64,000 nt of DNA from Candidatus Eiseniibacteriota bacterium (GTDB lineage: Bacteria > Eisenbacteria > RBG-16-71-46), in NCBI GenBank assembly GCA_963717505.1, contig OY970342.1, positions 3,424,001 through 3,488,000 of the forward strand. Reading direction: 5' to 3'. Numbering within the stretch: position 1 is the first letter of the stretch; every line of letters begins with the position of its first letter. A model generated the notes under the pieces. That model ran no database searches. It had not been told where the DNA came from and saw only the letters and a program-made list of their open reading frames with translations. Shown here in pieces: positions 29,026 to 38,425 of the stretch. A program made the translations under genes and the position numbers.

Positions 29026-30436
29026 TGTTCTGGTTCATCCGGAACAGGTTGTTCGGATCGTACTTGGCCTTGAGTTTGGCGAGCCGCGCATAGTTGCCAT
29101 CGTAGGCGCCGCCTTCCACGCGCTTGGCTTCGTCTTCGGGCATGAAGTTCACGTAGACGCCGCCGGTGGCAAATGGCGCCGAAGCGTCGAACAACTCGCG
29201 AGCCCAGGCGATGCACTTCTGATCCTGGCCTGGATCATTCCAGCGTGTGTGGACGTTCATGATGAACTCGACGTCGCGATGCGGGTACGCCGTCGCGTCG
29301 GCGGCCACGCGGTTGACCGCGGCCCCGAGGTTCCCGATGAAGACCTCACAGTCGCCGGTCGGCAGCCGACCGATCGCGTCGAGCACCACACGCACCAGCC
29401 CGTCGTCGAGCTTCTTGAAGTCATGCGACTTCCAGTAGTTGCGCGCCCCCGGCGTCAGCAGTGGATCGAACGCCGTCTGCCAACCCACGAACGGCGTCGG
29501 TCCGATCACGTCGGCGATCGGCTTGCCTAGCGCCCGCAGCGGAGCGACGGCCTTTTCGGCCGCGGCCCGGTCGCCGATGGCGCACACCGCCAGCACGACG
29601 ATTTCTTTGCCATGGACTTCCGGTGGGAGGAAGGGCAGGGGCGGCGCCTGGCGCAGGACGACCCAGGCGGTGACGTCGTCGGGCGCCGAAGCGACGAAAC
29701 GACGGTAGCCGTCGAGCACTTCCTGGGCGGCCGACAGCGGGTGAACGATCAGGCCGGCCAGCACCTCGGGCCCGACCGGATGAAGCCGATACTCGAACGA
29801 AGTCACGACGCCGAAGTTGCCGCCGCCGCCGCGAATCGCCCAGAACAGGTCCGGGTTCTCCCGCTCGTTCGCGTGCAGGAGCTTGCCATCGGCGGTCACC
29901 ACGTCGGCCGCGAGCAGATTGTCGACGGTGAGTCCGTGCTTGCGGCTGATCCAACCGAAGCCGCCACCCAGCGTGAATCCGGCAATGCCGGTGGTCGAGT
30001 TGATACCGACCGGGGTCGCCAGGCCGAACGCCTGCGCCTCGCGATCGAACTCGCCGAGTGTGACTCCCGGCTCGACCCGGGCCGTGCGTGCGACCGGGTC
30101 GATGCGCACCGACTTCATCGGCGACAGGTCGATCATCAGCCCACCGTCGCATACCGCGTTGCCGGCAATGTTGTGTCCGCCGCCGCGCACGGCCAGGAGC
30201 AGGTCGTGCTCGCGCGCGACCGAGACCGCGCGGATCACGTCGGCGGCCCCGGCGGCGCGCACGATGGCCGCCGGACGGCGGTCGATCATCGCGTTCCAGA
30301 TGGTGCGTGCGGCGTCGTAGCCCGGCTCGCCCGGCAGGCACAGGCTGCCGCGGAGACTGGTGCGCAGTGATTCGATTGCTTCAGCAGGAACGTTCTTGCG
30401 GTTTCCGTCGAGGGATTTGAGGCCGACTGCGGTCAT
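29009..30436 (-). CDS. FAD-binding oxidoreductase (berberine-bridge/GlcD-like)
   Basis: RGGGHN, DLFWAIRGGGGNFGVVT, YVNF, KYDPNNLFR. Confidence 0.92.
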   Translation of the reverse strand: MTAVGLKSLDGNRKNVPAEAIESLRTSLRGSLCLPGEPGYDAARTIWNAMIDRRPAAIVRAAGAADVIRAVSVAREHDLLLAVRGGGHNIAGNAVCDGGLMIDLSPMKSVRIDPVARTARVEPGVTLGEFDREAQAFGLATPVGINSTTGIAGFTLGGGFGWISRKHGLTVDNLLAADVVTADGKLLHANERENPDLFWAIRGGGGNFGVVTSFEYRLHPVGPEVLAGLIVHPLSAAQEVLDGYRRFVASAPDDVTAWVVLRQAPPLPFLPPEVHGKEIVVLAVCAIGDRAAAEKAVAPLRALGKPIADVIGPTPFVGWQTAFDPLLTPGARNYWKSHDFKKLDDGLVRVVLDAIGRLPTGDCEVFIGNLGAAVNRVAADATAYPHRDVEFIMNVHTRWNDPGQDQKCIAWARELFDASAPFATGGVYVNFMPEDEAKRVEGGAYDGNYARLAKLKAKYDPNNLFRMNQNIKPAS

Positions 30437-30805
30437 GGATGAAATCCTCCTTAGGAGCCGATTCAGTTCGGGTGTCGAACCGGGGTGGTAGGCATGGGCA
30501 GCCTGAGCTACCCCGCCTCGCCGCGCAATTGGGGGAGCCTCGTGGACGGCCTTCTCCGCCCGGAACTACCGGGCCGCGGGGCAAGAGTTGGCGCCGGCGT
30601 GCGGGTCACCGACCTGCACCCGACATGGGCGGGCGTCGGCCGGCCGTTCTCCGGCTGAATTCGGGTTCCGGGTCCTCCGCCGGCCGTGGTAAGCTTGTGC
30701 GCTTTCGCTGGCTGGCCTCCACCCCGCAAGAGGCCCATCTGGGTCTCGCTGGCCCGCGCCTGGACCCGCAAGTCGAGTTCAGCATTGCAGATTCGAGCCT
30801 GCTAC

Positions 30806-33800
30806 ATGATCGGGGCGTGGCTGTGCCTGATGCCGGCCAGCGCCCTGTCCCAGACCGTCCTCACCCCTCGCGTATCACTCGAAGCTCCAGGGTTCCGAGA
30901 CCAGGACGACATGTGCTTCTGGATCCACCCCGTGGATCCGACCCTGAGCACCATCATCACCGCCGATAAGGCGGCGGGGGACTTGTTCGTCTACGACCTC
31001 GCCGGCTCGCCGCTCCAGACGATCCAACTCCCCGGCGGCCAACCCGGCAACGTCGACGTTCGCTACAACTTCGACCTGCAGGGCATCCCCACGGACATCG
31101 TGGGCGTCAACGATCGCAACACCCGCAAGCTGATGATCTTTCGCATCGACCCGGTGAGCCGAGCGCTCGAACGCATCGATGATGCCTCCCTCGACACCGC
31201 GCCGAGAACGTACGGGTTCGCGTTCTACGTGAGCCCGATCACCGGGAAGTACTACGTGTTTTCGCCAACCGAGGATGGGGTCGTCGAGCAGTTCGAGCTG
31301 ACCGACGCTGCCGGCCGGATCGCGGGCACGCTGGTGCGTTCGTGGGACCTGGGTGGAATCACCGAGGGCACAGTGTGCGACGATCAGAATGGGGTCGTGT
31401 TCTTCGGGGAGGAGGACGAGGGCATCTGGAAATTCGGCGCCGAACCGAACGACCCGACGGTGCCCACGGCCGTCGCCACGGTCGGCGACAGCAGCGGACT
31501 CACCGACGATGTCGAGGGGCTGACGATCTACTACGCGGCCGCCGGCGGCGGCTATCTGATCGCCTCGAGTCAGGGCAGCAACGAGTTCAAGGTCTACGAT
31601 CGACGGCCGCCGCACGCCTTCCTGCACTCCTTCTCGATCGAGGGCGTGGTCGAGACCGACGGCATCGACGCCATCAATCTGGCGATGGGCCCACAGTTCC
31701 CGGCGGGCATTTTCGCCGCCCACAGCCACTTCGAGAACGCCCCCACGCCGATCAAGCTGTGCGGCTTCGAGGACCTCGGGCTGCCGGTCGACATCGAGTA
31801 CTGGAATCCCAGGCTGAGCGGCTTGCTCCCCGTGATCCTGTCGTTCGCTCCGACCCTCGGACCGATCGGAACCGAGGTCACGATCACGGGAACTCGATTC
31901 ACCGGTGTCACGAGCGTTCGCATCGGCGAGATCGAGGCGGTCGAGTTCGCGGTCGACTCCGACACTCGGATCCGGGCGGTGGTCCCGGGCGGCGCCTCCA
32001 CCGGCCGCATCCGGATCACCACGACTCACGGGTCCGGCGTGAGCTCGACGAACTTCGGCGTACCCGAGCCACCGACCCTCGAATCGTTCTCGCCATCCCT
32101 CGGCCCGGTGGGCACCGAGGTGCTGGTCCTCGGCACCGGCCTGCTCACGACGACGGCCGTGGACTTTGCCGGCATTCCGGCGACATTCGACGTGAGTTCG
32201 GATGTGGAGCTGCGCGCCATCGTCCCCGCCGGCGCGACCACCGGTCCGATCCGAATCGTCAATACCGCGGGCTTTGCCCTGAGTGCGGAGGATTTCGAAG
32301 TCACCGCCGTTCCGGCACCCGTGACCCTGGGGCCCGCGCACGACACTCGAGTGCTCTCGTCCAATCCCACGGCGACCTACGGCGCGGGCGGAACGTTGCG
32401 CGTGCGCAGTGCCACCGCCAACCCGGCGTATCGCACCTACCTCAAGTTCGATGTCGGCGATTTGGGCACAACGGTGGCCGGCGCGACCTTGCGCCTGTTC
32501 TGCGCCGATTCGAGCAGCGATGGCGGCGCGATCTACTCGGTTTCCAATGATGAACTGGGCACCACCACGCCGTGGGAGGAGGGCACCCTCGACTGGAACC
32601 GCGCACCCGAGCTGACGGAGCCACCGCTCGACCAGCAGGGCAGGGTGGACGCCGGCAACTGGTACGAGTTCGACGTCTCGGCCGCCGTCACCGGCCCGGG
32701 CACCTACAGTTTCGGCATGAGCAGTACCTCGACGAACATCGCGGGCTTCGGTTCCAAGGAGAGCATCCACCCTCCCGAGCTGGTGATCGCCCTCGAAGCG
32801 CCAGCGTTGCCGCCCGAGATCACCTCGTTCACTCCTACGGCCGGACCTGCCGGAATCATCGTGACCATCACCGGAGCGCAGTTCGAACCGGTGACCGGGG
32901 TCGACTTCAACGGCGCCGAGGCGGTATTCGTCATCGACTCCGGCACGCAGCTTCGAGCGACGGTGCCGATCGGAGCGACGACCGGCCCGATCCGGGTCAC
33001 GAGTCCCAACGGCACGAGGGGTAGCCCGGTGGATTTCACCGTCACCGCACCACCACCATCGATCGTGACCTTCACCCCGAGTCACGACTCGCGTGTCGTC
33101 TCTTCGACCCCCGACCTGACCTACGGCGCCGGCCTCATGCTCCGGGTGCGCAGCGCCACCGCGGTCCCGGCCTATCGCTCCTACTTCAAGTTCGACGTCA
33201 CCGGTCTCGATCGCGTGGTGCGCCGCGCCACCCTGCGCCTGTTCTGCGCCGACTCGAGCGTCGATGGCGGCACCGTCTATTCGGTATCGAACGACTTCCT
33301 CGGCACCGCGACGCCGTGGGTCGAAGCCAGCCTCAACTGGAACAACGCTCCCGATCTGGGCGTGGCGCTCGACCAGCAGGGGGTGGTGAATGGCGGCGCC
33401 TGGTACGACTTCGACGTCACCGCCGCGATCACCGGCAACGGCACCTTCAGCTTCGGCCTGAACAGCGCCTCGACCAACATCGCCGCCTACCGTTCCAAGG
33501 AGAGCGAGCAGGTCCCCGAGCTGGTGATCGAGCTGGGAGAGGAGACCATCCCCGTGCCGCCGACGATCGTCGACTTCGCCCCGGCGAATGGTCCAATCGG
33601 CACCGAGGTCACGGTCACCGGCGCCGGGTTCGCCACGGCCAGCGCCGTCACGTTCAACGGCTCCGCCGCCACGTTCGCCGTCGACTCCGACACGCAGCTC
33701 CGCGCCACGGTTCTCGCCGGCGCCACCAGCGGCCCGATCCGCGTCGACAACCCGGGCGGCTTCGCCGTCTCCGCCACCGAGTTCACCGTCACCGCACCAC

Positions 33801-35362
33801 CACCATCGATCGTGACCTTCACCCCGAGTCACGACTCGCGCGTCGTCTCTTCGACCCCCGACCTGACCTACGGCGCCGGCCTCATGCTCCGGGTGCGCAG
33901 CGCCACCGCGGTCCCGGCCTATCGCTCCTACTTCAAGTTCGACGTCGCCGGTCTCGATCGCGTGGTGCGCCGCGCCACCCTGCGCCTGTTCTGCGCCGAC
34001 TCGAGCGTCGATGGCGGCACCGTCTATTCGGTGTCGAACGACTTCCTCGGCACCGCGACCCCGTGGGTCGAAGCCAGCCTCAACTGGAACAACGCTCCCG
34101 ATCTCGGCGTGGCGCTCGACCAGCAGGGGGTGGTGAATGGCGGCGCCTGGTACGACTTCGACGTCACCGCTGCGATCACCGGCAACGGTACCGTCAGCTT
34201 CGGCATGAACAGCGCCTCGACCAACATCGCCGCCTACCGTTCCAAGGAGAGCGAGCAGGTCCCCGAGCTGGTGATCGAGCTGGGAGAGGAGACCATCCCC
34301 GTGCCGCCGACGATCGTCGACTTCGCCCCGGCGAACGGCCCAGTCGGCACCGAGGTCACGGTCGCCGGCGCCGGGTTCGCCACGGCCAGCGCCGTCACGT
34401 TCAACGGCTCCGCCGCCACGTTCGCCGTCGACTCCGACACGCAGCTCCGCGCCACGGTTCCCGCCGGCGACACCAGCGGCCCGATCCGCGTCGACAACCC
34501 GGGCGGCTTCGCCGTCTCCGCCACCGAGTTCACCGTCACCCCGCCGCCGCCTTCGATCGTGACCTTCACCCCGAGTCACGACTCGCGCGTCGTCTCTTCG
34601 ACCCCCGATCTGACCTACGGCGCCGGCCTCATGCTCCGGGTGCGCAGCGCCACCGCGGTCCCGGCCTATCGCTCCTACTTCAAGTTCGACGTCGCCGGTC
34701 TCGATCGCGTGGTGCGCCGCGCCACCCTGCGCCTGTTCTGCGCCGACTCGAGCGTCGATGGCGGCACCGTCTATTCGGTATCGAACGACTTCCTCGGCAC
34801 CGCGACCCCGTGGGTCGAAGCCAGCCTCAACTGGAACAACGCTCCCGATCTCGGCGTGGCGCTCGACCAGCAGGGGGTGGTGAATGGCGGCGCCTGGTAC
34901 GACTTCGACGTCACCGCCGCGATCACCGGCAACGGTACCTTCAGCTTCGGCCTGAACAGCGCCTCGACCAACATCGCCGCCTACCGTTCCAAGGAGAGCG
35001 AGCAGGTCCCCGAGCTGGTGATCGAGCTCGAGCCCACGGTGAACCTCGTCCGGAGCGCACGCGTACTATCGACCGCTTCGATCTCGTCGATCGCTCTCGG
35101 AGTGCCGCGACCCAATCCCTTCTCGCACCAGACCTCAGTGCGGCTCGATCTGCCCCTGCCCGCGCGGGTCAAGGCCGTCGTCTACGACGTGAACGGTCGA
35201 GTCGTCAGGAACCTCGGGCTGCTCGATTTGGGCGCGGGCAGCCATGACCTGACCTGGGATGGTCGCGATGCCAACAGCCAGAGGTCGCCGATCGGGCACT
35301 ACTGGCTCAAGGTCGACGTCGCGGGAATCTCCGCGACGCGGCGACTGACGCACGCACGCTAG
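30806..35362 (+). CDS. beta-propeller phytase with 5 IPT/TIG, 4 DNRLRE/CBM96-like domains and FlgD/CTD-like tail (start uncertain)
   Basis: DDMCFWIHP, NVDVR, EGTVCDD, DVEGLTIY, YLIASSQG, ETDG; SF.P..GP.GT.V.I.G repeats; terminal PNPF..VYDVNGR..WDGRD. Confidence 0.85.
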   Translation: MIGAWLCLMPASALSQTVLTPRVSLEAPGFRDQDDMCFWIHPVDPTLSTIITADKAAGDLFVYDLAGSPLQTIQLPGGQPGNVDVRYNFDLQGIPTDIVGVNDRNTRKLMIFRIDPVSRALERIDDASLDTAPRTYGFAFYVSPITGKYYVFSPTEDGVVEQFELTDAAGRIAGTLVRSWDLGGITEGTVCDDQNGVVFFGEEDEGIWKFGAEPNDPTVPTAVATVGDSSGLTDDVEGLTIYYAAAGGGYLIASSQGSNEFKVYDRRPPHAFLHSFSIEGVVETDGIDAINLAMGPQFPAGIFAAHSHFENAPTPIKLCGFEDLGLPVDIEYWNPRLSGLLPVILSFAPTLGPIGTEVTITGTRFTGVTSVRIGEIEAVEFAVDSDTRIRAVVPGGASTGRIRITTTHGSGVSSTNFGVPEPPTLESFSPSLGPVGTEVLVLGTGLLTTTAVDFAGIPATFDVSSDVELRAIVPAGATTGPIRIVNTAGFALSAEDFEVTAVPAPVTLGPAHDTRVLSSNPTATYGAGGTLRVRSATANPAYRTYLKFDVGDLGTTVAGATLRLFCADSSSDGGAIYSVSNDELGTTTPWEEGTLDWNRAPELTEPPLDQQGRVDAGNWYEFDVSAAVTGPGTYSFGMSSTSTNIAGFGSKESIHPPELVIALEAPALPPEITSFTPTAGPAGIIVTITGAQFEPVTGVDFNGAEAVFVIDSGTQLRATVPIGATTGPIRVTSPNGTRGSPVDFTVTAPPPSIVTFTPSHDSRVVSSTPDLTYGAGLMLRVRSATAVPAYRSYFKFDVTGLDRVVRRATLRLFCADSSVDGGTVYSVSNDFLGTATPWVEASLNWNNAPDLGVALDQQGVVNGGAWYDFDVTAAITGNGTFSFGLNSASTNIAAYRSKESEQVPELVIELGEETIPVPPTIVDFAPANGPIGTEVTVTGAGFATASAVTFNGSAATFAVDSDTQLRATVLAGATSGPIRVDNPGGFAVSATEFTVTAPPPSIVTFTPSHDSRVVSSTPDLTYGAGLMLRVRSATAVPAYRSYFKFDVAGLDRVVRRATLRLFCADSSVDGGTVYSVSNDFLGTATPWVEASLNWNNAPDLGVALDQQGVVNGGAWYDFDVTAAITGNGTVSFGMNSASTNIAAYRSKESEQVPELVIELGEETIPVPPTIVDFAPANGPVGTEVTVAGAGFATASAVTFNGSAATFAVDSDTQLRATVPAGDTSGPIRVDNPGGFAVSATEFTVTPPPPSIVTFTPSHDSRVVSSTPDLTYGAGLMLRVRSATAVPAYRSYFKFDVAGLDRVVRRATLRLFCADSSVDGGTVYSVSNDFLGTATPWVEASLNWNNAPDLGVALDQQGVVNGGAWYDFDVTAAITGNGTFSFGLNSASTNIAAYRSKESEQVPELVIELEPTVNLVRSARVLSTASISSIALGVPRPNPFSHQTSVRLDLPLPARVKAVVYDVNGRVVRNLGLLDLGAGSHDLTWDGRDANSQRSPIGHYWLKVDVAGISATRRLTHAR
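33035..35028 (+). repeat. intragenic tandem repeat, 747-bp unit, about 2.7 near-identical copies
   Basis: Same sequence starts at 33035, 33782 and 34529 with only scattered substitutions. Confidence 0.95.
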
Positions 35363-35389
35363 CTGCTCCGAGCGCCATCGCCCTGAACT

Positions 35390-35422
35390 TGTAATCCGTA
35401 CACCGCGCCGGAACTCCTTACA
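35390..35422. promoter_or_regulatory. putative enhancer (bEBP UAS), tandem site
   Basis: TGTA-ATCCG-TACA plus GGAA-CTCCT-TACA 20 bp later; same layout as 40759-40791. Confidence 0.55.
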
Positions 35423-35486
35423 CGGCCCGACCGGGTTTGCCAGGTTGCAAGCGAGTAGGGGCCACGACTTAGGAGATTGGCTCAGG

Positions 35487-35502
35487 TGGCATGAAGCCTG
35501 CT
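35487..35502 (+). promoter_or_regulatory. sigma54 promoter
   Basis: TGGCATGAAGCCTGCT (GG-N10-GC). Confidence 0.65.
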
Positions 35503-35567
35503 CATCCCTGCCGCGGGTCGTGCATGCTTCGGCGACCCATTCAAGGCCGAACACAAAAAAGGAGAAG

Positions 35568-36059
35568 ATGATGCCCAAGCTGAGTATGGCGTACAAAGCG
35601 CGGCGCATCGCGATCCTGAGTCTGATGTGTTGCGCAGGATGGATCCTGGGCGCCGTTTCGACCGAAGCGGCGACCGACGCGGACGTTCGCGCCGGTATCT
35701 ACGTTGAATCGGATGCCATCGGAGTTGGTGCCGGTTTGTTGACGCCGGTCGGTTCCAGCCCTCGGTGGTTCTTCAATCCCAACGTCGAGGTCGGGTTCGG
35801 CGATCAAGAGAACCTGATCGCGATGAACGGCGACTTCCACTACGACTACGCACGAAACAGTGGTTTGTCAGCGTGGATGGGCGCCGGACCAGCCGTGCTG
35901 GTCACGAATCCGTCTGCGGGCGATACCCGCACCGATCTGGGCTTGAACGTCCTGACCGGTCTCAGCGGTACCAAGGGTGACGTTCGACCGTTTGCCCAGC
36001 TGAAGGGCGTGGTGTCGGACGAGAATCAGGTCGTACTGCAGGGCGGTATTCGCTTCTAG
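35568..36059 (+). CDS. small outer membrane beta-barrel protein
   Basis: AAGGAG RBS, signal peptide, FNPNVEVG, C-terminal GIRF. Confidence 0.75.
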   Translation: MMPKLSMAYKARRIAILSLMCCAGWILGAVSTEAATDADVRAGIYVESDAIGVGAGLLTPVGSSPRWFFNPNVEVGFGDQENLIAMNGDFHYDYARNSGLSAWMGAGPAVLVTNPSAGDTRTDLGLNVLTGLSGTKGDVRPFAQLKGVVSDENQVVLQGGIRF

Positions 36060-36278
36060 ATGATTCGAGCCGGGGGCGGGGACGCTTCCTGGGGTGTGAC
36101 GCGCAAACCCGCTCCCGGACCCGTGTATTCACAAACCCCATGAATCCTGAAGAGGAGTTGAGGTTCCTACATTAGAAAAGTAGCCTTGGGGACGCCGTTC
36201 GCCACCCGTGGCACGGACCCGCCTGCGCGAATGCCTGGCGGGCCGGTCGCTTTTGCCCGGCCGGCGTGATCGAGGGCC

Positions 36279-37952
36279 ATGAAGACGCGAATCGAGTTCT
36301 TGGACTCCGTCAGCGGGCGCCTACCCCGAATCCGACGCCTGGGATTGCTCATCGGCTTCGTGCTCTTTGGCGTCCTGGTCACGCTGGTCATCTGGTGGAG
36401 CTCGATGCGGGACTCCAATCGGCGGGCGGCCACCCTCCTGACCGATGTCGCGCGCGATGCTCACGGCGTGCTCAACGTGCGGGTGGAGCGGCACGTCGAG
36501 GCGCTCCGCAATCTGGCCCTGTTCTGGCAATTGCACGGATTGCTGCAGCAACAAGCTTGGGACTTCAACAGCGACATGATGATCCGGAACTTTCGCGGAA
36601 TCGAATGGATCGCGTGGGTCAATGGCACGACGGGCGCCTATCGTTTCGCGGCCCGGGACTCGGGCGCGCGCATGGACCCCCGGATCGTCGAGATGGCGCA
36701 GGAACGGGCGAGCGAGCCGGGGAGCCTGTCCGTGACCGACGCCTCGCCGCAGAACCCGGTCCTGCTGTTCACGCCGGTGCGGACCTCGCAGGACAGCGTC
36801 GGGGTGCTCGTCGCCTCGATCTCGCCCGAGCGGCTGCTCAGCCACGAGCTCCTGGTCACCGGTGACGTCCTCGCCTATTCGGTCTCCACCGACTCGGGAG
36901 CGGTCGTCTATCGGTGGGGAGAACCGGCCGCGAAGGTGCCGCCGGAGATGTCCCTGGAGATGGCCCTGCCGCCCCTGTTCGGCACGATGTGGACCGTGCG
37001 CTACGAGCCGACACACGTCTACCTGAACGGCGTCGTGTCCCGCTGGCACGACTCGTTCCTCTGGACCGGCTTGCTCCTGTCGCTGGCCCTGGGCGCCATT
37101 GCGTACCAGTTCGTGACGCTTCGCGAGTACTCGATGGCGTTGGCCGCCACGAATCGGCGCCTGGACGCCCAGGTTCGGGAACTCTCCGAACGCGACCAGA
37201 GCCTGAGGCGCATGAACGACGAGCTCGAGCTGCGGGTCGAGGCCCGCACGGCCCAGCTCGCGGAGGCCATGAAGGAACTCGAGACCTTCAGCCACTCGAT
37301 GTCCCACGACCTCCGCTCACCGATCGGGGCGGTCCTCAATTTCACGTCGATCCTCGAGGAGGACTATGGCGAGAAGCTGGACCCCGAGGGACTCCGGGTG
37401 CTGCATCGCATCCGGGACAGCGGCACCTCGGCCACCCGGCTCCTCGACCAGTTGGTGCAGTTCGTCTGGCTGGGACGCGAAACCGCCGAAATGAACGAGG
37501 TCAACATGACGCTGCTCGCGCGCGAAGCGTTCCGCGAAGTGTCGGTCGGGCCTGGGGCGGAGCAGGTGACGTTCGAATTGCCGGAACTGCCGCCGGTGCG
37601 CGGCAACGCCGCCTTGCTCGGGCGGGTATTTCGGAACTTGCTCAGCAATGCGGTCAAGTACACGCGCGGAGGCAAGGCGCCGCGGATTTCCGTCCGTGCC
37701 GAGGAACGCGACGTGGAAACCGCCTACTGGGTCGAAGACAACGGGATCGGCTTCGACCCGGCGCACGCCAAGTCGCTGTTCGAACCCTTCCGCCGACTTC
37801 ACTCTTCCTCGGAGTACGAAGGCGTCGGGCTCGGCTTGGCGATCGTCGCCAAGATCGTACGACGACATGGAGGTCGTGTCTGGGCCGAGAGCAGGGGTCC
37901 AGGGGGCGCACAGTTCGGCTTCGCCCTGCCCAGGGAAGGAGGAACGGCATGA
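36279..37952 (+). CDS. membrane sensor histidine kinase
   Basis: Two TM helices around a sensor domain; H-box SHDLRSP; NLLSNAVKY, DNGIG, GVGLGL. Confidence 0.92.
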   Translation: MKTRIEFLDSVSGRLPRIRRLGLLIGFVLFGVLVTLVIWWSSMRDSNRRAATLLTDVARDAHGVLNVRVERHVEALRNLALFWQLHGLLQQQAWDFNSDMMIRNFRGIEWIAWVNGTTGAYRFAARDSGARMDPRIVEMAQERASEPGSLSVTDASPQNPVLLFTPVRTSQDSVGVLVASISPERLLSHELLVTGDVLAYSVSTDSGAVVYRWGEPAAKVPPEMSLEMALPPLFGTMWTVRYEPTHVYLNGVVSRWHDSFLWTGLLLSLALGAIAYQFVTLREYSMALAATNRRLDAQVRELSERDQSLRRMNDELELRVEARTAQLAEAMKELETFSHSMSHDLRSPIGAVLNFTSILEEDYGEKLDPEGLRVLHRIRDSGTSATRLLDQLVQFVWLGRETAEMNEVNMTLLAREAFREVSVGPGAEQVTFELPELPPVRGNAALLGRVFRNLLSNAVKYTRGGKAPRISVRAEERDVETAYWVEDNGIGFDPAHAKSLFEPFRRLHSSSEYEGVGLGLAIVAKIVRRHGGRVWAESRGPGGAQFGFALPREGGTA

Positions 37953-38398
37953 TGTCCGCGATGCCCATCATTCTCATCGTCGACGATGACGATGGTCATC
38001 TGTTGATCGCGCAGCGCGCCATTCGGCGTTCGGAGCTCGAGGTCGAGGTGCATGCGGTGCGGACCGGGGAGGAGGCGTTGCGCGTGCTGGGTTTGGGCGA
38101 CGAGGCCTCGCCCGTGAGTCGAGGAGCGCGGCCGGTGGTGGTCATGCTCGATCTCTCGATGCCCGGCATGAGCGGCTGGGACGTCCTGCGCCAGATCCGA
38201 GCGGCCGAGCAGAAGATCCCGGTGGTCGTCGTCTCGTCGTCCGGGCGGCCCGACGACGTGCGTCGCAGCTACGAGTTGGGGGCGAACAGCTACCTGGTCA
38301 AACGGTACGAAGCCGAGCGTCCCGGCGGATATGTCGCCGACGCGGCCCGATACTGGGTCGAGCTGAACGAGCCACCGGCCCCGGCCCGGGCCGGCTGA
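37949..38398 (+). CDS. single-domain response regulator (Rcp1-like)
   Basis: IVDDD, LDLSMP, SYELGANSYLVK. Confidence 0.9.
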   Translation: MMSAMPIILIVDDDDGHLLIAQRAIRRSELEVEVHAVRTGEEALRVLGLGDEASPVSRGARPVVVMLDLSMPGMSGWDVLRQIRAAEQKIPVVVVSSSGRPDDVRRSYELGANSYLVKRYEAERPGGYVADAARYWVELNEPPAPARAG

Positions 38399-38425
38399 CG
38401 GACGGCGTTTCTCGCGGGGGAGGAT

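Noticed and set aside
30466-30517. tRNA-like motifs (GGCGGGGTAGCTCAG, GGTTCGA) on the minus strand
   Set aside because: No anticodon arm or acceptor pairing; too short for a cloverleaf
30875-34579. Long antisense and alternative-frame ORFs (also 10489-12834, 17017-19248, 44397-46730 and others)
   Set aside because: Shadow ORFs caused by high GC3 opposite well-supported genes; no motifs
33035-35028. Repeats as CRISPR or mobile element
   Set aside because: 747-bp in-frame coding repeats with no spacers or cas genes
36159-36222. sigma54 promoter (TGGCACGGACCCGC) and degenerate UAS (TGAG-N5-TACA) before the kinase
   Set aside because: GG-GC spacing is 9 rather than the required 10, and the UAS match is weak
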